This document shows, one piece after another, positions 1-64,000 of a stretch of DNA of 64,000 nt. The DNA is taken from the NCBI GenBank assembly GCA_002633005.1, contig NMRA01000450.1, positions 307,303 to 371,302 on the forward strand, written 5' to 3'. Positions within the stretch are counted from its first letter, which is position 1; every line of letters starts with the position of its first letter. This DNA is from Phoronis australis (Eukaryota > Animalia > Phoronida). Made by a program: the position numbers and the translations under genes. Under the pieces are notes generated by a model. The model did no database searches. It was not told the origin of the DNA and saw only the letters and a program-made list of their open reading frames with translations.

Positions 1-666
1 AGGATCTATGAATCTCAAACTGTCTCCACGAACTCTTTTATACTTCTATGTCAAGTGAATATTGGAACTTGTTTATCTTACTCCTCATACTTTTTATTTA
101 AAAATCATCAATTTTCTTATATGTGTTAACACCAGTTTACTGTTGCATAACTTTTCAATTCAATGGGACTGCAGACAAACTGTTAGCTCAAATCAAGTTG
201 CCCAAGACTTGATTATGGCTTAGTGAACATATTGCACTCTGTTCACTGGCAATATGGGCTTTTTTGTATTGGGATAAGTTAGGATATATGCCAATTGCAT
301 TTTTTTTTTCAAGTAACCAACCTGTCAACATTAACAGGTCAAAAAATACCACCCATTTTTAATGCATCACTTCTTACAGGAAGGATCACCATAATTTGAT
401 TTTTTTTTCTGAAGACCACCACCCATGAATTTGAGTCGTGTAATGAAGCAGTGCTCCTTGCCCATCATTCAGTAGTTCACGTAATACTGTCCTTATTTGT
501 TCTGGTTGTAAACAGCACATTAGTGAGAAGCTTTGTATCCCGTTAAACTTATTTGTTCCTTGAAGCCTCAGGGCGGCAGAGGAGCAGGGTTGAAAATCTG
601 ATCTTCGTGAGACTGGTTAACTATGACAATGTCACTGGTCATTGCTCTTTACTCTTTCTCACCCAG

Positions 667-60547
<59,881 letters not shown>

Positions 60548-61634
60548 CTATTCAAGTAGTTCTTAACATGTAAAATCAGGATGTATGTTTTGTTGTGGCA
60601 AATTTTTGACGAATTTTTAAATTCTGTTTCATCATTATGTATTGGTTTGATAAATTTTAAGAAGAAATTATTTTAGTTTACAGTTTATTGAGTTTGCGTA
60701 TACAGTGTCATTGTAAATGGAATTGAGTGTGTAGGGCCAACCATTAAGGGCGAGATTGTTGTCACACTGTATCCAAAGTATAGGGGTAGACCCTAACCTT
60801 GACTGTGTACCAGATATCTGGGCCATTTTTCACTGGAAGTGTAGACCTCAGCCTTGAGTTTGTGCACCAGGCCATTTGTCTACTGTTAGTGTAGACCCCA
60901 GTCTGAGTAAGGACAAGATATTTGGACCACTTGTCTGCTGTTCCTTGAGCGAGTACCAAATATCTGGACCATGCATCCATTGTTAGAGCAGGCCCTAACC
61001 TTGAGTGTGAACCAGTTATCTGGAACATGTCCAAACAAATATATAGAGAAATCAGTCCATTTTAGAAAATCAAATGGTTTTCATAAAAGTGCTTTTATGA
61101 TATCAATTTACTTTTGTAGGTTTGGTATTAGTTTTAAGGGACCAAGCTCGTTTGTACAAAGACATCTATATTCTTGATTTTGATATCCATTAGTGATTAC
61201 ATTATGCAGATGCTATATAACCATGTACATTAAGATTAACGTTCTGTATAGATATTAGTATCTTTAGTTTATTCAGAACTTGTAACATATCATGTTGTGT
61301 TTCTACTCGTCATCCATTTCCAGCATCAACGACTACAAACACTACAAGTTGCGACATATCTTGACTTTAAGCTTGTTTCCACATTCCTGACGCAAGATAT
61401 CACAGTTGCTCCCTCACTTGAATTTGAAACTATTTTGTGAAACATGGCAATTGTTTGTTTTTTTTTTGTCCCAGGAGTGACCAATATCAATGCCATTTTA
61501 TCTCACTATGCGCCTACAGTATCGGTGGCAGCGGACTTTTGGGTTGTTCTGGAAGTCTTAAAACATTTGTTCTTGCAAGTCGCCACACGAACAACTGTTG
61601 AGTCAGTTTGTTTGTCATTGATGTTACAGAGATT

Positions 61635-61640
61635 AATAAA
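61635..61640 (+). terminator. Candidate polyadenylation signal of CUBN
   Basis: First AATAAA I found after the stop codon, followed about 20-35 nt later by a T/GT-rich tract (tttactgccttgtttgttc). Confidence 0.45.
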
Positions 61641-61790
61641 TATTATCAAATGATTTACTGCCTTGTTTGTTCACCATTCAGAGATTTTAGGTACTGCAAG
61701 TTGTTGCTTTTTGTTTACTCCAGGCGGCCTAAACTGAAATTGGAATACAAGAATTTGAACCTGTATGATTAAAGAAAATAAATGTCCAAC

Positions 61791-62206
61791 TACCGTAATT
61801 TTCTGTAGGTAAGCCCATGGGTGTGTCTTTGGAACATAAAAATTTCCAGGGTTTTTGTAACACTAAATAAACGTCCGGGCGTTTATTCGGAAACGAGGGC
61901 TTTTAAATGAAGCCATAGTTTTACGACTTTGGCATATTTTTCTTAAAAATTTAAATTTTACGTGTATAAATGCGTAGTTCGCCAACACGGTTGGTTTTTA
62001 CTAGTGATAGGTGCTCCACAAAACTGAATTTGTGACAAAAAGGTGACGCTGAGTGGGCTGTGAGAGGAAATTTTCCAAATAAACGACCCGCTATTTGGAC
62101 ACTTGACACCAAAAGTGTAACACCATGGCCGTTTATTCGGCACAATTTTCCAAGTAAATGCTCACAGGCGTTTAGGGAGAGGGCTTATCGATGGAAAATC
62201 CCAGAA
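61791..62206. mobile_element. Degenerate MITE-like element
   Basis: TACCGTAATTTTC..TAAGCCC / GGGCTTA..GAAAAT ends; internal repeated AATAAACG/CGTTTATT motifs. Confidence 0.4.
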
Positions 62207-62599
62207 TAAGCTTCTCTTTTACTTTTTGTATTTTCTAGTGACAGTATATGAAGATTCCAGTGAGTTTTTAAGAGCCAGTGATCCCAGAAATACCTATTCG
62301 TTCTCAATAATGGATAAATAATATGATTTCCTTAGTGAGACTGAATGCATACTTAGCTTTTTAAACTAGGGGCGTTGTTTTTTTCGATAGTAATAACTTT
62401 ATTTATAGAGGATAAAAAACATGTCAAGTGTAAAACTTATCTCGGTACCACATGGTCCTCGAAATTACAATAAATAGATAAATAAGATGAACAATGATAT
62501 TTAAAGATGAATGAAAAATGAAATAAACAAGTAAGTTAATTAAGATATACAATTTTTGAAATGCATGCAGATATACAGTTAATTAGATAATAAATAAGT

Positions 62600-62900
62600 T
62601 ATTAAGTTATTTCTAAATGCACGTTTAACAGTAATTGATTTTTAAATTAGCTATTAAAATAGCTAATGGTAAACCATTCAGGCAGTCACTCCATCTACAA
62701 AGAAAGTACTCCTGTATTTGGATGTTTTGTAGTTTGGTACAACTAAATTGCCAGCATTTGAGTATCGGGTATGTCTCGAATGTTTGTTACGTACTAGACA
62801 TAGTTCATTAGCTAAATACTGGGGAACATCCTCATGGAGACATTTAAAAATCATGCATAATATTGAGAATTCAACCAAAGAGTTTATTGTCGGTGTCAAA
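62600..62900 (-). mobile_element. CR1/L2-type LINE 3' fragment
   Basis: MIFKCLHEDVPQYL...HSRHTRYS...LVVPNYKT...STFFVDG, typical ORF2 C-terminus. Confidence 0.7.
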
Positions 62901-63927
62901 GCAAAAATTAACTGAATAGTGACAAAATGGTAGAAAATGCACTAGCAGTGTTTACCGTGAGAAACGTTAATTCACGGCCGTCAGGTATATCTGCTTTCTG
63001 GACCTTCTTTTTTATCTGCTGTCCAGGAACTAAGTTTACAGTCATCAAACTTTAATTCAGAGGACCAGTAGGGTGTGTTACGGACATCGGCTGGTGTGAG
63101 CAGATTGTGGCCCACCAATTGCCGCCATGATGATTTTTGTTTGTTTTCTCGAGTCTACAACTTTCATGGGCGCAAAGTATTTCATGAAGGACTTGCGCAT
63201 GATTTTATTACTGGTTTCAATGGAACCGTCAGTTTAAAAATAGGGTTGGCTGTATCACCTTCTCCACTTTCATGGTTCCATGCGTCCTACTATCCCTCCG
63301 TGCCAGCTGGTATTGTAACTGCCCGGCGTACAGGGCGACTACTTTGGTCAAGGCTTTTATACCACGGCTTCTTTTTGCAAAGAAGTTGGCGTACACTCAA
63401 CACTCGGACGGACTAGGTAGTCAGACTAGTTCCGCTCACATGTAATTTGAACTACTGGTACGGCGTCAGCTTTGGTAAATAAAATTGCATTACGCCTTGT
63501 TCAGAGTGTCTAAAATGGAAATCGAATTAGCCTAATTCGATTTGTTTTTAGGCCGATCCCTGTATTCGCATAAAATCGGTCTCATAATAGGTCTAGGCCT
63601 AGGATTCCATTTCCGTTACCCGCCACAGTTAATTGCAAGATTGACGAACAAGGTTAATAAACAATTTACACTTTGTAATATACATACGCAATACTCACAT
63701 ATCTGAACATGGCCAGAAGTACAATTCCTCACCAAATGATGAGTACCTTTTGGATTTAATTCCCTACAAAGGGTTCAATTTATTAGTACAAACTTCAACA
63801 TGATTCCCTTTCCATTCTATACAAAACAGATTGAAAATTTTAAATATCTGAGTGACGCCACCAAGTGGTTCCACTCTAAATATTTTCTCTAATTTTAAAA
63901 CGTTGGTTGCAAAAGATAAGTTCTTGT

Positions 63928-63996
63928 TAACCCTAACACTAACTCTAACCCTAGCCCTAACCCTAGCCCTAACCCTAGCCCTAACTCTAGCCCTAA
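63928..63996. repeat. Telomere-like (CCCTAA/CCCTAG)n tract
   Basis: taaccctaacactaactctaaccctagccctaaccctagccc..., about 11 hexamers. Confidence 0.8.
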
Positions 63997-64000
63997 GTGC

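Noticed and set aside
63075-63416. 113-aa ORF as a neighbouring gene
   Set aside because: No recognisable motif, non-ATG start and no convincing splice structure; may be a TE relic.

Overview
Eukaryotic (metazoan, probably marine invertebrate) genomic DNA. It holds the 3' part of a large plus-strand multi-exon gene encoding 21 consecutive CUB domains up to a stop codon at 60545-60547. Domain-by-domain signatures, compared from memory with human cubilin, fit CUB7-CUB27, so this is a CUBN orthologue whose 5' part lies upstream. I traced every exon with GT-AG sites and consistent phases. The main novelty is two pairs of intact, divergent, phase-matched alternative exons: the CUB8 N-half (1813-1997 vs 4631-4812) and the CUB12 C-half (20715-20914 vs 21416-21624). 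They cannot be co-spliced in frame, so they are candidate mutually exclusive exons giving up to 4 ligand-binding isoforms. Two near-identical duplications joined at single-N gaps (18652, 57448) look like haplotype-assembly artefacts, and one exposes a polymorphic MITE with a 6-bp TSD. Introns also carry Helentron/HINE-like elements with ~150-bp monomers bearing CTCF-consensus-like motifs, a Penelope remnant (GIY-YIG plus hammerhead-ribozyme-like motif), Tx1/L1 and CR1/L2 fragments, several MITEs and minisatellites.
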